Position numbers and translations under genes: made by a program. From Candidatus Bathyarchaeota archaeon (GTDB lineage Archaea; Thermoproteota; Bathyarchaeia; Bathyarchaeales; DTEX01): DNA of 64,000 nucleotides. The stretch's first letter is position 1. Each line of letters starts with the position of its first letter. Below are positions 30,619 through 43,233 of this stretch, piece by piece. The notes below the pieces were generated by a model. The model saw only the letters and a program-made list of their open reading frames with translations, did not search any database and was not told the DNA's origin. The stretch spans positions 364,149 through 428,148 of the forward strand of contig CAVQNT010000006.1 of the NCBI GenBank assembly GCA_963714275.1, given 5' to 3'.

Positions 30619-31701
30619 TTACGTGTTTCTTTCTATAAGATAGTCGGCGAGTGCCTTCAAAACATTCTTTGAATCAGAAGGCAGAAGAATTTTATCAACT
30701 TCATCCCAGCTCTCACGAACCAACGTTGATGCACATTTCTTAGCGTACTCTATTGAGCCATATTTGTTGAATAACTGGATTGCTTTTCTCCTCAACGTTA
30801 CGTCGGTTGTGTGCAGGCTGAGAATCTGCGTTAACTCTTTTTTGTCCGCAGAAGACGATTTTCTGAAAGTATGAATGACAATTAACGTCAGCTTTCCTTC
30901 AGTGATGTCCATTCCCAATCCGCCTTTTCCTTTGGCAAACTGTTCGCCAACAAGGTCCAAAACGTCGTCCTGAATTTGGAAAGCCACACCGACGGACTCA
31001 GCGAACTTCCCCATCTTCTCAACTGTGTCATCGTCAGCAGCTGCAAGCACTGCTGCCATTCTTGCTGCCATTCTCGCGAGGGTTCCAGTTTTGTAGGAAC
31101 ACATTTGTAGGTATTGTTCCTCAGAAACCTCGTTTATTGGTGATAAGCCGTTGTGCCACGCTATGTCGATTGCTTGCCCGAAGTTAATGTTAACCATCTC
31201 TTGGACGTAAATTTCGTACAGTCTCTTCGCCCGTTTAGACGTAAGGCAACCAGCGTTCTCGTTCAATGCGAGCATAGGCAGGAAGTACATCACGTTTGAA
31301 AGGTTAATTGCAACATCAACCCCAAACAGTTCGTAGGTGCACGGCTTTCCCCGCCTCATCTTTGAGGAATCCTCAATGTCGTCCGCAATCAAGGTTCCGT
31401 TATGAATGATTTCAGGAATCGTGGCAAAGTCCAAAAATCTCTCAGAATCCCCACCTAAAGCGTCGCAAACTAGAACAAAAAGTGCTGGTCTCCAACGTTT
31501 GCCCCCTCGGTCCATGAAGTCCCAAAAAGGCTTAGCCACTGTCTTGTTTAAGGCACTCAAGTCAAGATTGTTTCTTGGAAGGCAGATTTTCAGGATTAAG
31601 GAGTCATCTTTGAATTCCCTAGGCACGTACTTCTCGATATAGCGGTCGATTAATTCCGCCTTCTGCCTTAGTATTCGTTCTATTGTGTCATCGACGCTCA
31701 T
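30619..31701 (-). CDS. idsA: geranylgeranyl diphosphate synthase
   Basis: GGKRWRP, DDIED..RRG, FQIQDD. Confidence 0.9.
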   Translation of the reverse strand: MSVDDTIERILRQKAELIDRYIEKYVPREFKDDSLILKICLPRNNLDLSALNKTVAKPFWDFMDRGGKRWRPALFVLVCDALGGDSERFLDFATIPEIIHNGTLIADDIEDSSKMRRGKPCTYELFGVDVAINLSNVMYFLPMLALNENAGCLTSKRAKRLYEIYVQEMVNINFGQAIDIAWHNGLSPINEVSEEQYLQMCSYKTGTLARMAARMAAVLAAADDDTVEKMGKFAESVGVAFQIQDDVLDLVGEQFAKGKGGLGMDITEGKLTLIVIHTFRKSSSADKKELTQILSLHTTDVTLRRKAIQLFNKYGSIEYAKKCASTLVRESWDEVDKILLPSDSKNVLKALADYLIERNT

Positions 31702-31710
31702 CCCGACTGG

Positions 31711-32827
31711 TCAACCTCCTCGTCCCGCATAGCTCACCAAGTTGAAACCTCTTGCCCGTAGCCATTCCGCAGTTTTTCCGCTTACTATAACTGGAACAGC
31801 CTTTAACCCTTCAATCGAAGAAGCCCCAACAAGAAACATGATGGTTCGCAGTTGGCGAATGACGAGGTCAAGTTTCATCTTAACTTCTTCGCTGTCCTTC
31901 AAAGATGGACCTAAAACAGGAAGCGCAAATCCCGCCAAAGATGCCCCTAAAGTTAAAGACTTCGCGACGTCGCTGCCTGTGCGGACGCCGCCAGATGCAA
32001 TTACGGGCACACTGACTGACTGAACCGCCTCAATAAGCGTGACAACAGTCGGTATCCCCCAATCCCACAGGTCCTTGCCAATTTCCTGCCCCAAAATGTC
32101 ACCGCGTTGTTTGGCTCTGTAATATTCAACTGCTGCCCAGCTCGGTTCCCCCTGCTCCTGCAACGTCGATGCCTGAGACTCCAGCATCCACAAGTTTCTT
32201 AGTGTCTTCAGTCGATATACCCGCGCCTGTCTCCTTAACGATAACTGGAACATCAAGGCTTTTCGCAAGTTCCCCTATTTTCTGTAGAATTCCTGTATAA
32301 TTGGTTTCTCCTTCTGGCTGCACGGCTTCCTGAAGAGGATTAAGGTGGACTGCCAAAGCGTCAGCGTTCACCATGTCTACTGCTTTTTTGATTTGGCCTA
32401 AGCTGTATCCCTTCTTAATCTGTGGAGCACCAATGTTAGTGAGAATGAAGGCGTTTGGTGCTTTTTTCCTGACGATTGAGTAGGTTCGTTCAAGTTTCAG
32501 GTTTTCAAGGGCTGCTCTTTGGCTCCCGACTCCCATGCCGAGTCCAAGTTCCTCAACAGCTTCAGCGATAGCTGCATTAATCTGGAATGCCTTTTCGGTT
32601 CCTCCAGTTATTCCGGTGATTATCAAAGGCGCTGAGAACTTGTGACCGAAGACTTGCGTTGAAAGGTCAACGTCTTTTTGGTTGATTTCGGGAAGTGCCC
32701 TGTGAATCAGAAAGACATCCTCGAAGCCTGTTGATGTTTTCTTTGCCTTTACATCTTCCTCTAGGCATATACATATGTGTTCAGTTTTCCTTTCCTCTGT
32801 CTGCTTAGCTTGGGATTTACGGTTCAA
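31711..32827 (-). CDS. fni: type 2 isopentenyl-diphosphate isomerase (frameshift near 32140)
   Basis: RK.EHI, GSQR, HLNPLQE, KETGAG, GGTSW, WGIPT. Confidence 0.93.
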
Positions 32828-33611
32828 TTTTTGTGCCAACAACCTTCTCTCCTTTAAGGACTTTGTATATATTACCTGATTTGGAAGCATTCACTATCAT
32901 AGTCTCGATACCTTTCGTGACTAGTAAAGTGAGCTCTGAAACTTTGCCCAACATTCCGCCTGTAACATCAGTAACTCCTGTTCCGCTAATTCTATTTTTT
33001 GGGTTTTTAAGCTCAGCTAACGTTAAGTGCTGAATCAAACGGGCTGAGGGATTCTTTTTTGGGTCATCTGTGAAAATTCCGTCAACATCAACTCCCATTA
33101 TGAGCCTTTGAGCCTTCATTTTTTCCGCTAGAAAAGACGCTAATTGGTCTCCTGAAAGAACTGTGAAACCCATGTTCAAGTCTAGAACAACATCTCCATA
33201 TAAAACTGGAACAAGACCCATCTTAACTGCCTGTTTTAGAGTTTCCTTATTAAAAACGTGGATTCGACCCGACTTCGTGATTATAAAAGATGAAGGAGCC
33301 ATCCCGAAAGCTGGAACTCCCTTCCTAAGTAGGCTTTCCAGTATTATCTTGTTCAAAGAAACCATAGCCTCATGGGTCTCCGAAAATCCCGCGAGCTGAG
33401 ACTTGTCTTTAAACCCGTCTGCGATGCCATATTTTTCGGCAATCGGGTGACCGAAGCTTCCTCCCCCATGAACCAAAATGAGCTTTGATGGCTGTGCTTG
33501 GAAGATTTCGTCTGCAAGCCTTTTTATAGCTGGAAAATTAGGCGTTAAGGGTCTAGCCTTTTCCGTGATGACGGAGCCTCCGAGCTTCAACACCAAAAGT
33601 TTATTCCTCAA
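32817..33611 (-). CDS. ipk: isopentenyl phosphate kinase
   Basis: [27 protein letters not shown]. Confidence 0.93.
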   Translation of the reverse strand: MRNKLLVLKLGGSVITEKARPLTPNFPAIKRLADEIFQAQPSKLILVHGGGSFGHPIAEKYGIADGFKDKSQLAGFSETHEAMVSLNKIILESLLRKGVPAFGMAPSSFIITKSGRIHVFNKETLKQAVKMGLVPVLYGDVVLDLNMGFTVLSGDQLASFLAEKMKAQRLIMGVDVDGIFTDDPKKNPSARLIQHLTLAELKNPKNRISGTGVTDVTGGMLGKVSELTLLVTKGIETMIVNASKSGNIYKVLKGEKVVGTKIEP

Positions 33612-34586
33612 TCCTCACTCCTTCCATGGTCATCTTTGTTACGAAGGCTTCTTCTCCCGCCTGTTTTATGGCTTCCGCCACATCCTGAACGCGTTCAGGC
33701 TTCGAAAGGGCAACAATGCATCCTCCTCCGCCACCTCCCGTAAGCTTTGCGCCAAAAGCACCAGCTTTCGTGCTGCGTAGACCATTTTGTCAATGGATTC
33801 GTTTGAGACGCCTACTGCGCAGAGAAGAGCATGGTTAATGTTCATCATTTCGCCCAACGTTTCGAGGTCACCTTGGTCCAAAGCCTCGATGCTTCGGGCA
33901 ACGATTTCACCACCAGCTCCAATAATTTTGTCAATGACAGATTGATATTGGTTTCTTAACTCGCCCACGTGGGCAACCATCTCTCCCATTGACCGCTCAA
34001 TGCCGGTGTTCCCAACCACAAGAGGCAAGTCAGTGCCAACATTCAGTTTCTGAATATTCTCGCCTTTACGATAACATAAGACGCCACCGTATGTCGAGAT
34101 GGCTGGATCGAGGCCTGAAGAGTTTCCATGGGCAATCTTTTCCGCATCAAAGTCTACCTGAAAAATGTCTTTCTCATTTAAGCCTGCATCAAAGAGATGG
34201 TTTAATGCAGCAGCAGAAGCAACAGCCACAGCAGCAGAGGAACCTAGCCCAGCTGCCACAGGAATTGGTGAATCAACCTTAAGACTAACGTCGACATCTC
34301 TGCCCGAGAAATTCAAAACGCTTTTAACAACTATATAAATTGGGTCAAGTCTCTTTTTTATTAAATGCTCATCGCCTTTTTTACTGTAAAACTTATCATT
34401 TTCGAAGTAGCCCGAACATTTCATTGCTTTGGATTTTATCCATACCTTCCTGTCTTTTCGTGGTTCTGCAGTAACTGTTGCCCTTCGGTCAATAGCTAAG
34501 ACTACCGCTGGCTCTCCGTGTACCACAAAGTGTTCGCCTAACAGTATCACCTTTGCTGGAGCTGAAGCCTTGGCTTGAGTTTTCAG
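33601..34586 (-). CDS. mvk: mevalonate kinase (frameshift near 33767)
   Basis: [31 protein letters not shown]; apparent CTG start 6 nt after GGAGGT. Confidence 0.92.
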
Positions 34587-34733
34587 ACCATTACCTCCAA
34601 TGCAGATTAGTCTTGGACGTAGTCAATACCGAGAGATTTTAACCGTTTGGGTTTATCAGATAATCTGTCGAATCTTCGATATAAAACACTTTGATTTTCG
34701 AAACGTTAAGAAAGAAACCGAAAAATGCTTCCG

Positions 34734-35436
34734 CTATTGAGTCTGCTGGCTTTTTTCGACTAGCTTAACCTCAAAGTCCTCGAGTGAGACAGATAATTCC
34801 CCGTCAGGAGCAATTTCGCCTCTTTCGCGTATAACCTGCCTTGCCAGAAGCCAATAGATCACTGCGAGTGCTCTCCTGCCTTTATTGTTTGTGGGTATAA
34901 CTAAGTCCGCGTAAGCTAAAATCATTGTCCGTGCTGCATAGAGCGATTATGGGGATTCCCAAGCTTGAAGCTTCTTTCACTGCTTGAAAATCAGCCCTAG
35001 GATCAGACACAAAAATCACATCTGGTTCTATCCTATGGAGATAAATGGGATTTAGAAGCATGCCGGGAACAAACCGTCCGGTGATGGGAGTAGCGCCTAC
35101 TATCTCGCAGAACTTCATGACTGGTTCACGGGCATAAAGTCTAGCTGCTGCAACAGCAATTTTTGTTGGTTCAAAGCGTGCAAGAAATTTCGCGGTGACT
35201 CTTATCCGCTCGTCGGTCTTCTTTAGGTCCAAGACGAAGAGTCCGTCACCTCTGATGCGGTAGATGAAGGGCTCCATGTCTTTGGTTTTGATTTTTGTGC
35301 CTATGTGGATGCCTGTTGAAAGCAGCGAATCTTGGGATAAAAGCAAACCTTCCATCGGAGCAACAGTTGTTTCATCAACAACCTCTTCTTTTTTGACTTC
35401 TTCTTCCTCTTTGATTTCTTCTGACACACACATCAA
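34734..35436 (-). CDS. rps2: 30S ribosomal protein S2 (frameshift near 34915)
   Basis: [29 protein letters not shown]. Confidence 0.95.
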
Positions 35437-35440
35437 CTCC

Positions 35441-36693
35441 TCAAATCTTCAGTATTGCCATTCGAGCCTTTTCACCTAAACTTTCCTCGATGCGTATAAG
35501 CTCATTCAGCTTTGCAATTCTTTCTCCACCAACTACGCCAGTCTTGATAACAGGGGCTTTGAACGCCACAGCAAGATGAGCTATGTGAGTTGACGCGGTT
35601 TCGCCAGACCTGTGCGACACAACCGGAACATAACCGTTTTCCAGCGCCAACCTTGTTGTATACCAGGTTTCCGTTAAGGTTCCAACCTGGTTCATTTTAA
35701 TGATTATGGCGTTTCCAGCGTGAACCTTTATGCCTTGGCTAAGCCTTTTCACGTTTGTGACGAAAAGGTCGTCGCCACAGATTAGGCATCTGCTGGACTT
35801 TTGGGTGAGATCCTTGAAGCCTTGATAATCGTCTTCGTGAACTGGGTCCTCGACATAAACAAGTCTTGTATTTCCCAATAAGATCAAGAATATAGTCTAA
35901 CTGTTCACCTGAGTCTCGGCTTATGCCGTCTCTTGTGTAGACGTAGCTTTTCTTTTTTGGTTCCCACAATGACGAGGCTGCCACATCTAATCCGGGTCTG
36001 CAGTCGAACCCAAGTTCTGTTGAAGCTTCTTTGCAAGTGTTAAACACTGCTTCGAGGGCCTGATCGTTGGTTACGTTTGGCGCCCACGCTCCTTCATCTC
36101 CTCTTCCGCCAGTAAAGGACGAATCAACTTTCTTGAGGATATCCTTCAATTTCTTATGTATTTTCGTGTTAGACTTCCATTGCAGCTGAGAAGGAGGGAG
36201 CACCGACTGGTAGAACGAGAAACTCCTGAATGTCAGTAGCCTTGCCCAAAGCGTGTTTTCCCCCACCAACAACGTTGCCTAGAGGATACGGAAGATCGGA
36301 GGCAAGAGAACCACCTAAATATTGGTACAGAGGAAGATCATACGAGTTTGATGCAGCGTCAGCCACAGCCAACGAAACAGCGAACGCAGTGTTTCCACCG
36401 ATGTTTTGGAAGTTTTCTGTTCCGTCAAGCTCTCGGAGAAGCCTGTCAACTTCCTCTTGTTCATCTGCGTAGAGCCCAATTATTTCGGGAGCCACAAGCT
36501 CCTCAACCTTCCTTACGGCTTCTTCTACTCCGCCTTCAGGAAAGGGGATTGCTTCTGCTTTTCCTGTGCTTGCTCCACTTGGTGCTGAGGCGTTTCCGAA
36601 TCCGTCGATTGTGGTCACGTCGACTTCTATTGTTGAGTCTCCGCGGCTGTTGATGATCTTTCGGGCTGTCACGTCCTCTATGAGAGCTGACAA
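35441..36693 (-). CDS. eno: enolase (frameshifts near 36173 and 35864)
   Basis: [41 protein letters not shown]. Confidence 0.95.
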
Positions 36694-36694
36694 G

Positions 36695-36922
36695 TTACGT
36701 TGTTTCCTCCTCTTTTTCCATGGATGGTCTTTCGTAAAACTTTATGATCTCGTCTATTATCTCAACGTGCGACAAAAGCATGCGTCGGCAACAATAACGA
36801 GTGATACCCAAATCGTCCAAGACTTTCCCCGAATTTTCTCCCGCCTTAACTCTCTTAGCGAACTCTTCCCACTTGTCGCCGACGAGTTTTCCGCATGTGA
36901 AACACCTAACAGGTATAATCGT
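36695..36922 (-). CDS. rpoN: RNA polymerase subunit Rpo10 (N); absent from the ORF track, begins at ACG
   Basis: manual translation (T)[11 protein letters not shown]...[12 protein letters not shown]; syntenic between rps9 and eno. Confidence 0.95.
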   Translation of the reverse strand, partial: TIIPVRCFTCGKLVGDKWEEFAKRVKAGENSGKVLDDLGITRYCCRRMLLSHVEIIDEIIKFYERPSMEKEEETT

Positions 36923-36959
36923 CTTTGTTCCCTTCCTTCACATCATTATTTTATGCTGT

Positions 36960-37382
36960 TTATCTGTAACTTTTCTGGTCCTTCGCTCTGGCGCCGGGTC
37001 CGCCGAACTTTTTCGGTTCCTTACGCCGAGGGTCTCCGGCTACCATTGTCCTGTCATATTTGAGAAACACGCTTCGCAGGTGCGAACTCTTTGTCCACTT
37101 CAAAAGAGCGTTGGCAAGAGTCATCCTGCTAGCTTCGGCTTGACCCATGAATCCGCCGCCCTTTACTTTGATGCTGATGTCTAACTGTTTCCAGACATCT
37201 TCGCCAGCTTGGATAAGGGGTTCTCGGATTTTTTCGCGAGCTACTTCGGGTTCAAAAATTTCTAGAGGGATATTGTTAACGCGTATTCTACCCGCGCCTG
37301 TTCTCACGGTTGCTTTTGCAATTGCTGTTTTGCGTTTTCCGCTGACTACCAGAACCTTTTTTGTGCTTGACATGTCATGCAC
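36960..37382 (-). CDS. rps9: 30S ribosomal protein S9
   Basis: [27 protein letters not shown]. Confidence 0.97.
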   Translation of the reverse strand: MHDMSSTKKVLVVSGKRKTAIAKATVRTGAGRIRVNNIPLEIFEPEVAREKIREPLIQAGEDVWKQLDISIKVKGGGFMGQAEASRMTLANALLKWTKSSHLRSVFLKYDRTMVAGDPRRKEPKKFGGPGARAKDQKSYR

Positions 37383-37832
37383 CTAATCTTTCCATCCGAT
37401 GTTGCGTGCTAAATCTGAGACTTTTATGTAAGGACCTCTTAAATTGCTAGCGTCCGCGTTTGAAAGCATGATTTTTCCTTTGTCCCTAAGCCCTTCTGGA
37501 GAGCCAGTATAGACTTTGAGTCTCTTTAGAGCCTCAATTCCGCATGGTTTTGTTCGTGGAAGCATGCCTCTGACAACCTTTTTCACGATTCTTTCTGGAT
37601 TTCGGAAGTGCAGTGGTCCTTTTCTATGATGACCTACTTGGAGGAATTCTTCAGCGTTTCGAAAGATGCTTAGTCTCTTGCCTGAGATAACGGCTTCTTC
37701 AGCGTTAATAATCATTATACTTTCGCCATTCAGTAACCGTTTGGCGACTTCGCTTGCCATTCTTCCGAGTACTAGGCCTTTCGCGTCGACGATTATTGAT
37801 TTTAGTTCACTGCTTTTGCTCATTGCTTTCAC
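37383..37832 (-). CDS. rpl13: 50S ribosomal protein L13
   Basis: DA....LGR.AS.VAK, VRGMLP. Confidence 0.95.
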   Translation of the reverse strand: MKAMSKSSELKSIIVDAKGLVLGRMASEVAKRLLNGESIMIINAEEAVISGKRLSIFRNAEEFLQVGHHRKGPLHFRNPERIVKKVVRGMLPRTKPCGIEALKRLKVYTGSPEGLRDKGKIMLSNADASNLRGPYIKVSDLARNIGWKD

Positions 37833-38199
37833 CGTATTATCCTTAAATTAGCGCCTTTAGGATTCACTTCGAGGACCTCTGGTAAAGTCAGGCATTTTCC
37901 CTTAGCACTAACTATCTTGGATGAAGCTTCGTCCGAAAAATCTAAAGCCGCGACTGTTGCTGGATGGTTCATTATTCCAGAGCCAAGAACCTTTCCAGAA
38001 ACTACGACTTCTTCGTTTTCTTTCGTGTGTCTATTAATTTTGCTTATGTTTACTGCTATGCGTTTGCTTTTTGGTTGAGACAGCTTTTCACTACATCTCG
38101 CCATATGGCAGCGTTGTTTTCTCTAGACTTCTTTTTCAATAACCGAATGAGGTTTACGAAGTTTTGGTTAGTGCTTTTAATCAGTCTTTTCGGGCACAT
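37829..38199 (-). CDS. rpl18e: 50S ribosomal protein L18e (frameshift near 38093)
   Basis: KSTN, AAIW, VNISKINR, GKVLGSG. Confidence 0.93.
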
Positions 38200-39010
38200 T
38201 TAATACCGCCACCATCTGGTTCATGAAGTCTGAGCATTTTTCATCATATATTTTTAGTGCTTCAGAGAATATACGTTCAACGGGAAGGGCGCCTGTGGAT
38301 TCTATGTAAAAAATGAAAGCGTTCTCCTTCTTGTCTACCTTTATGGCTGAAGGATTTTTATCACAGGCTTCGACGCAATCCTCGCATAATATGCATTCTA
38401 TCTCGTTGGCTACCTTCACTTTGTTTCCGTTTTTCTCAAAAACTTTTTTGGGGCAAATGTCGACGCATTTACCGCAGCCGTCGCATTTGGTTTGATCTAT
38501 CTTGACAACGGGCACATACCTGTAGATGCAGGAGGATACGGGCTGCCACTTTGCGTGAGCCATGCCCTTACCTAGTTTTGCATATGCTTCCAGTCTTACC
38601 TTTTGTCCTGTCGCTAATTTTACTAACGGGATCTTTTCGCTGACTGGAGCGATGTGAGGATCTTCTGGAACCATGTCTCCTGAATAGACGGTTCGTTGTC
38701 CATCTTTGGCTTCAACGTCCAATGTTAAGACGGTTCTGCACAGATGGCATCCGAGTTCGCTTTTGCAGTTGCATTTTTCTGGAAGGTTGTAAGCGTCAAG
38801 GTCGGTTTTAAGTGGAACCAAGCCTAACCTTAAGGAAAGTATTTCGTCATGTATAACCGAGGAGTTTTCAATCATTACAACATCGTCGACCGCCATCACT
38901 GGAACTTCGGAAAGAACAATGCGCCTAAGCGTGTTAGCCATAGGAGTGTCTATACCCTCCACCATGAAACGCATCGAATCCTCGTTTTTGTTAAGGAAGT
39001 TTATGTTCAT
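38177..39010 (-). CDS. rpoD: RNA polymerase subunit Rpo3 (D) with ferredoxin-like insert
   Basis: AN.LRR, N.SV..DE.L..RLGL.PL, HAKWQP, CxxCxxCxxxCP. Confidence 0.96.
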   Translation of the reverse strand: MNINFLNKNEDSMRFMVEGIDTPMANTLRRIVLSEVPVMAVDDVVMIENSSVIHDEILSLRLGLVPLKTDLDAYNLPEKCNCKSELGCHLCRTVLTLDVEAKDGQRTVYSGDMVPEDPHIAPVSEKIPLVKLATGQKVRLEAYAKLGKGMAHAKWQPVSSCIYRYVPVVKIDQTKCDGCGKCVDICPKKVFEKNGNKVKVANEIECILCEDCVEACDKNPSAIKVDKKENAFIFYIESTGALPVERIFSEALKIYDEKCSDFMNQMVAVLNVPEKTD

Positions 39011-39078
39011 GTTTTAATCCTCTTAGTAAAATCGATAAATGTTCGAACAATATTCCCTCATAAGAATCAAATACTTTC

Positions 39079-39477
39079 CTATACCCTTCTTCCCCTACGT
39101 CCGCCTTTACGTCTTGTTCCATCATGGGGAAGCGGCGTAACCTCCTCTATACGACCTATGGACCTGAATCCAGCACGCGCAAGAGCTCTGATTGCTGCCT
39201 GTGCCCCTGGTCCCGGCGTGCGTGGACCTGATCCGCCTGGAGCACGGACTTTTATGTGTATTGCTGTTATGCCTTTGTCTTGGGCGATTGTTGCAACGTG
39301 TGACGCTGCTCTCATTGCGGCGTAAGGTGAGGACTGTAGCCTGTCCGCTTTAACGAACATGCCTCCGCACGCTGTGGATATTGTTTCTGCTCCTGAAAGG
39401 TCTGTTATGTGGACTATGGTGTTGTTGTATGAGCTGAAAATGTGGACGACTCCCCATCTCTCGTCTTTCTTACTCAT
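39079..39477 (-). CDS. rps11: 30S ribosomal protein S11
   Basis: [29 protein letters not shown]. Confidence 0.96.
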   Translation of the reverse strand: MSKKDERWGVVHIFSSYNNTIVHITDLSGAETISTACGGMFVKADRLQSSPYAAMRAASHVATIAQDKGITAIHIKVRAPGGSGPRTPGPGAQAAIRALARAGFRSIGRIEEVTPLPHDGTRRKGGRRGRRV

Positions 39478-40019
39478 TCGTTTCACTCCGTTAACTCTAG
39501 GTTCTATTGCCTGCCTGATTGGATGCTCTGGATTGTTCAGAAGGCTTCTTGATGCGTAGGAAATACTGTTTTCTTTTCTGCTGGGCACGAGGAAACTTGG
39601 AGAAGAAACTTTTCGGTCGCCTAAGGCTATGTGCCCATGCGTTATTAGTTGACGGGCTTGATACATGGATTTGGCTAGTCCTTTTCTCTGAACAAGCGTC
39701 TGAAGTCGACGTTCCAGTATCGATTCCATACCTAAGTCCAAGACATTGTCCAAAACAGACTGACTCTGGCAGTATGCCCAGATTCTTCAGCCGACCTAGA
39801 AGCTGGGACTCAAGTTCAGCTCTGTCAGAAGTCGACATGCTTAAAAGAGACCTTGCCATGCTTCGGAACTTTGAAAGCATTGTTCTGTGTTGCCAAAGTT
39901 CACGTTTGTTCCTTAAACCGTACCCACCGAGCAACCTGAGACTCGCTGTCGAGAATGTCTGACCGCCAAGGAAACCTTGGGGTTTCATACTTCTTTTTCT
40001 GTTTCCTAGGGTCCCCCAA
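39478..40019 (-). CDS. rps4: 30S ribosomal protein S4 (frameshifts near 39941 and 39759; stop unresolved)
   Basis: [39 protein letters not shown]. Confidence 0.93.
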
Positions 40020-40476
40020 CAGGTTTCACCAACGCCTTTTTCTTTACACCGGTAACTTTTCCTTTTCTGCCACTTGTTCTAGTTCTTTGTCCCCGAGTTT
40101 TAAGACCGTAGGAATGCCTGTAACCTCGCCAAGACCTCATCGTTGTCATCCTTTCAACATCCTGCTTCATTTGAAGGTCAAGGTCAGAGGTTGTAAGGTG
40201 GATGTCTTTCCCGGTTTCTACATCTTTTCGGCGATTCAACAGCCAAGAAGGTAAACTTTGTCCTTCAATGTTGCCAAGGATTTCTACGAGCCTTCTAACT
40301 TCAACATCAGAAAGGAAACCTAACCTTTTTTCTTGCGGAATATTGGCTTTCTTTACCAAGACATTTGCTAATCGTATGTTTATGCCCTTTATTACAGTTA
40401 GGGCGAAGACTACGTTTATTGTTCCGTCCAAGTCTTTGCCTAATAGGCGAACTATGTGTTTAAACTCAGAGGACAT
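40006..40476 (-). CDS. rps13: 30S ribosomal protein S13
   Basis: P.WLLNRRKD..TG.D.H, RG.RH..GL..RGQRT. Confidence 0.96.
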   Translation of the reverse strand: MSSEFKHIVRLLGKDLDGTINVVFALTVIKGINIRLANVLVKKANIPQEKRLGFLSDVEVRRLVEILGNIEGQSLPSWLLNRRKDVETGKDIHLTTSDLDLQMKQDVERMTTMRSWRGYRHSYGLKTRGQRTRTSGRKGKVTGVKKKALVKPVGGP

Positions 40477-40872
40477 TACGGTTTATGCAGCTCCTCACGA
40501 ATTAGGTAACTTTGAAGACGCCATTCCTTTTTTAAGCTATGCCTAACCTGTATCTTCTGGTGGTTAGACGCTTTTTACCTTGTATTTATTGCGTGTTTAT
40601 GAAGACAACTTGCGGAATATTTAAAGGTTTTTCCATTCGTGCAGCCAACTTTCGTATTCATTTAACAACCTTATTCGTGATTTCCTTGAAGGAATTTTAC
40701 AAAATAATATGAATTTTAATTTAACTCGGTCCGATCTTAAAGCGGAAAAAGGCTAATGATAGAACCACAAGAATCAACATGAAATAAATGAAAATAAATC
40801 TAACTGAATCCAGTTATAGAACTTGGTCTTTTTTTTGGTTTAGCGTTTCTCACTACTTTACGTTATTCTTGA

Positions 40873-41894
40873 TTATGGTTTTAACATGATTTTAAGGGTC
40901 TTTCCCTTCTTTTCATGCATCAGTTCGAAGCCTTCTTGCGTTTTTTCCAGAGGCAATATGTTCGTTATTAAGGGTTTCACATCGATCTTGCGGTTTACTA
41001 TGTAACTAAAGCCTCTTCTGAAATCGTCCGAAGCGTAGGCGTAAGAGCCTCTAATCTGAAGTTCTCTAGACACAATAGACAAAACATTCAAAGTCATGGT
41101 TTTCGACATCATTCCCACAACAGTCAGCTTTCCCCCAATCGCTAACATATTTATTCCTTGCTGAACCGTTGCTTCTAAGCCTACAGCTTCGAAAACGACC
41201 TCCGCTCCTGAACCGTTAGTTAATTCAATTATTCTTGAGACAGGGTCTTCAGTCATTGAGTTAATTGTTATGTCTGCGCCTAAGGTTTTGGCAAAATCTA
41301 ACCTGTAATCAACAACGTCTGTTACAATGAGTCGTCCTGCGCCTGCTGCCTTTGCTGCTTGCAGAATCGACAACCCGATTATGCCTGCTCCGATGACGAC
41401 GACGGTGTCCCCAAGTTTAACATCCGTGTTGTTAACCGCGCGTAAAGCCACAGAAAGCGGCTCAGTCATTGCTCCTTCCTCGTAAGTCACATGGTCTGGC
41501 AGCACATAACAATTCAACGCTGGGACAGACTACATACTCAGCGAAAGCCCCGCCTGTGTGCAACCCAAACAGCTTTACGTTGCGGCAAACGTTGCCCTGA
41601 CCGCGGACGCAAGGTGTGCATACGCCGCACCGTTTAAGTGGGTCAACGGTAATCCTTTCGCCCAACTTGAGGTCTTTCACGTCTTTCCCGATTTCTGCCA
41701 CTTCACCTGTGAATTCGTGGCCCATGACAAGCGGCGGCGTCCTTCTTTGGGAGACTCCTTCGTATGCGTGGAGTTCCGAACCGCATATTCCCACAGCCTG
41801 AACCTTGACTAAAACTTCGTTGTTTCTTATTTTTGGCTTAGGCATGTCTTCGATTCTGATGTCTTTTCCGCCGTACCAAACAGTCTGCTTTCAT
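40873..41894 (-). CDS. zinc-dependent (sorbitol/threonine-type) dehydrogenase (two frameshifts)
   Basis: GICGS, GHEF.G, CxxCxxCx7C, GAGIIG. Confidence 0.88.
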
Positions 41895-42041
41895 CGTCAT
41901 TCGCCATATCCATCTACTGTGTTTTGTGCATTTATTTTTTATTAGTCTAAGTTAAGGTGTAATAAGTGTTTATCAAAAACAATATCAGCACACAATGTAC
42001 TAAAAACAATCGTTAAGACACTACTACCATGGGGAAAGGAA

Positions 42042-43233
42042 ATGAAGTCCGTTGCCAGAACTCTTTTAAAGAAAATTCGTGAACACAATCCGCAACCTAA
42101 CGTTGAACGGTTGAACGCTGCTCTTTCAAGGTCAAGGATTCCGGACCGCGTGCCGTTCATGGAGATTTTCGCCGACAACGAGGTGATGGCTGCGGTTTTG
42201 GGCAAACGTCTGAACTATTTTGGTAAAAAGATGCGAAGCCGAAGACAGTGGGAGGAACGGACGCTTGCTCTGATGGAGTTTCATGAAATGTTGGGTTATG
42301 ACTATGTCCGCGCTGACACACAAGATTACGAAGCTGCAGTCAAGCAGTCCAAGATTGACGAGAAACTTTTGGCAGCAGGCGAAGTTGGCACCAGAGCCTA
42401 CAGGTACAAAACTGCAGACAAAGCTGCTGAGCTCAACCGTGGAGAAAGGACGTGGGCAAACGAGGCTACGGGCGTAATCGCAGACTGGAAAGACTTTAAT
42501 TCGTATCCCTGGGAGGAGCCTGAACAGATTGCTGAGGAAGGAAACGCTGGGTTGGAATGGGTATGCGACCACGTTCCTTCAGGCATGGGTGTTGTCACGG
42601 GTGCCGGTGCGGTTCTTGAGCCTGTGATGTGGATGATGGGCATAAAGAACTTCTACGTTAGCCTTTACAAGCAGAAAGACCTCGTTGAAGCCATGTTTAG
42701 GAAGGCTACTGAAATAAATGTTGCCCGTTTCAAGCTCTGCAGCTGACACAAGCAGAAAAATTGTGGCTTTCTGGGGGTCCGACGATTGGGGTTACAAGAA
42801 CGGGCTTATGATTTCGCCTTCAATGATGAGACGGTGGGTCTTTCCGGTTCATAAGAAAATGGCTGAGATGGCGCATTCCAAAGGCTCGCTTTACGTTTTG
42901 CATTCATGTGGCGATCTTAAGGTTGTAATGGACAACATAATAAACGATGTTAAAGTGGACGCCAAGCACTCGTTTGAGGACACTTACCTTCCAGTGACCG
43001 AAGCCAAGAAAATCTATGGACACCGAATTGGCTTAATCGGAGGCATCGACATGGACGTGTTTTCTAGGTGTAAACCGAAAGAAGTCCAAGAGTACGTAAG
43101 CCGAGTTTTGAAAGCATGCAAAATAGGTGGAGGGTATTGCCTAGGAAGCGGAAACACGGTTGCCAATTATGTTCCATTAGAAAACTTTTTGACGATGCTC
43201 AATGTTGGATTGAACGAAGGCTGGTACACCTAA
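42042..43233 (+). CDS. UroD/MtaA-like family protein (frameshift near 42740)
   Basis: PDRVPF.E, DD.GYK, LHSCG, HSFED, GGID.D, LGSGN. Confidence 0.85.
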
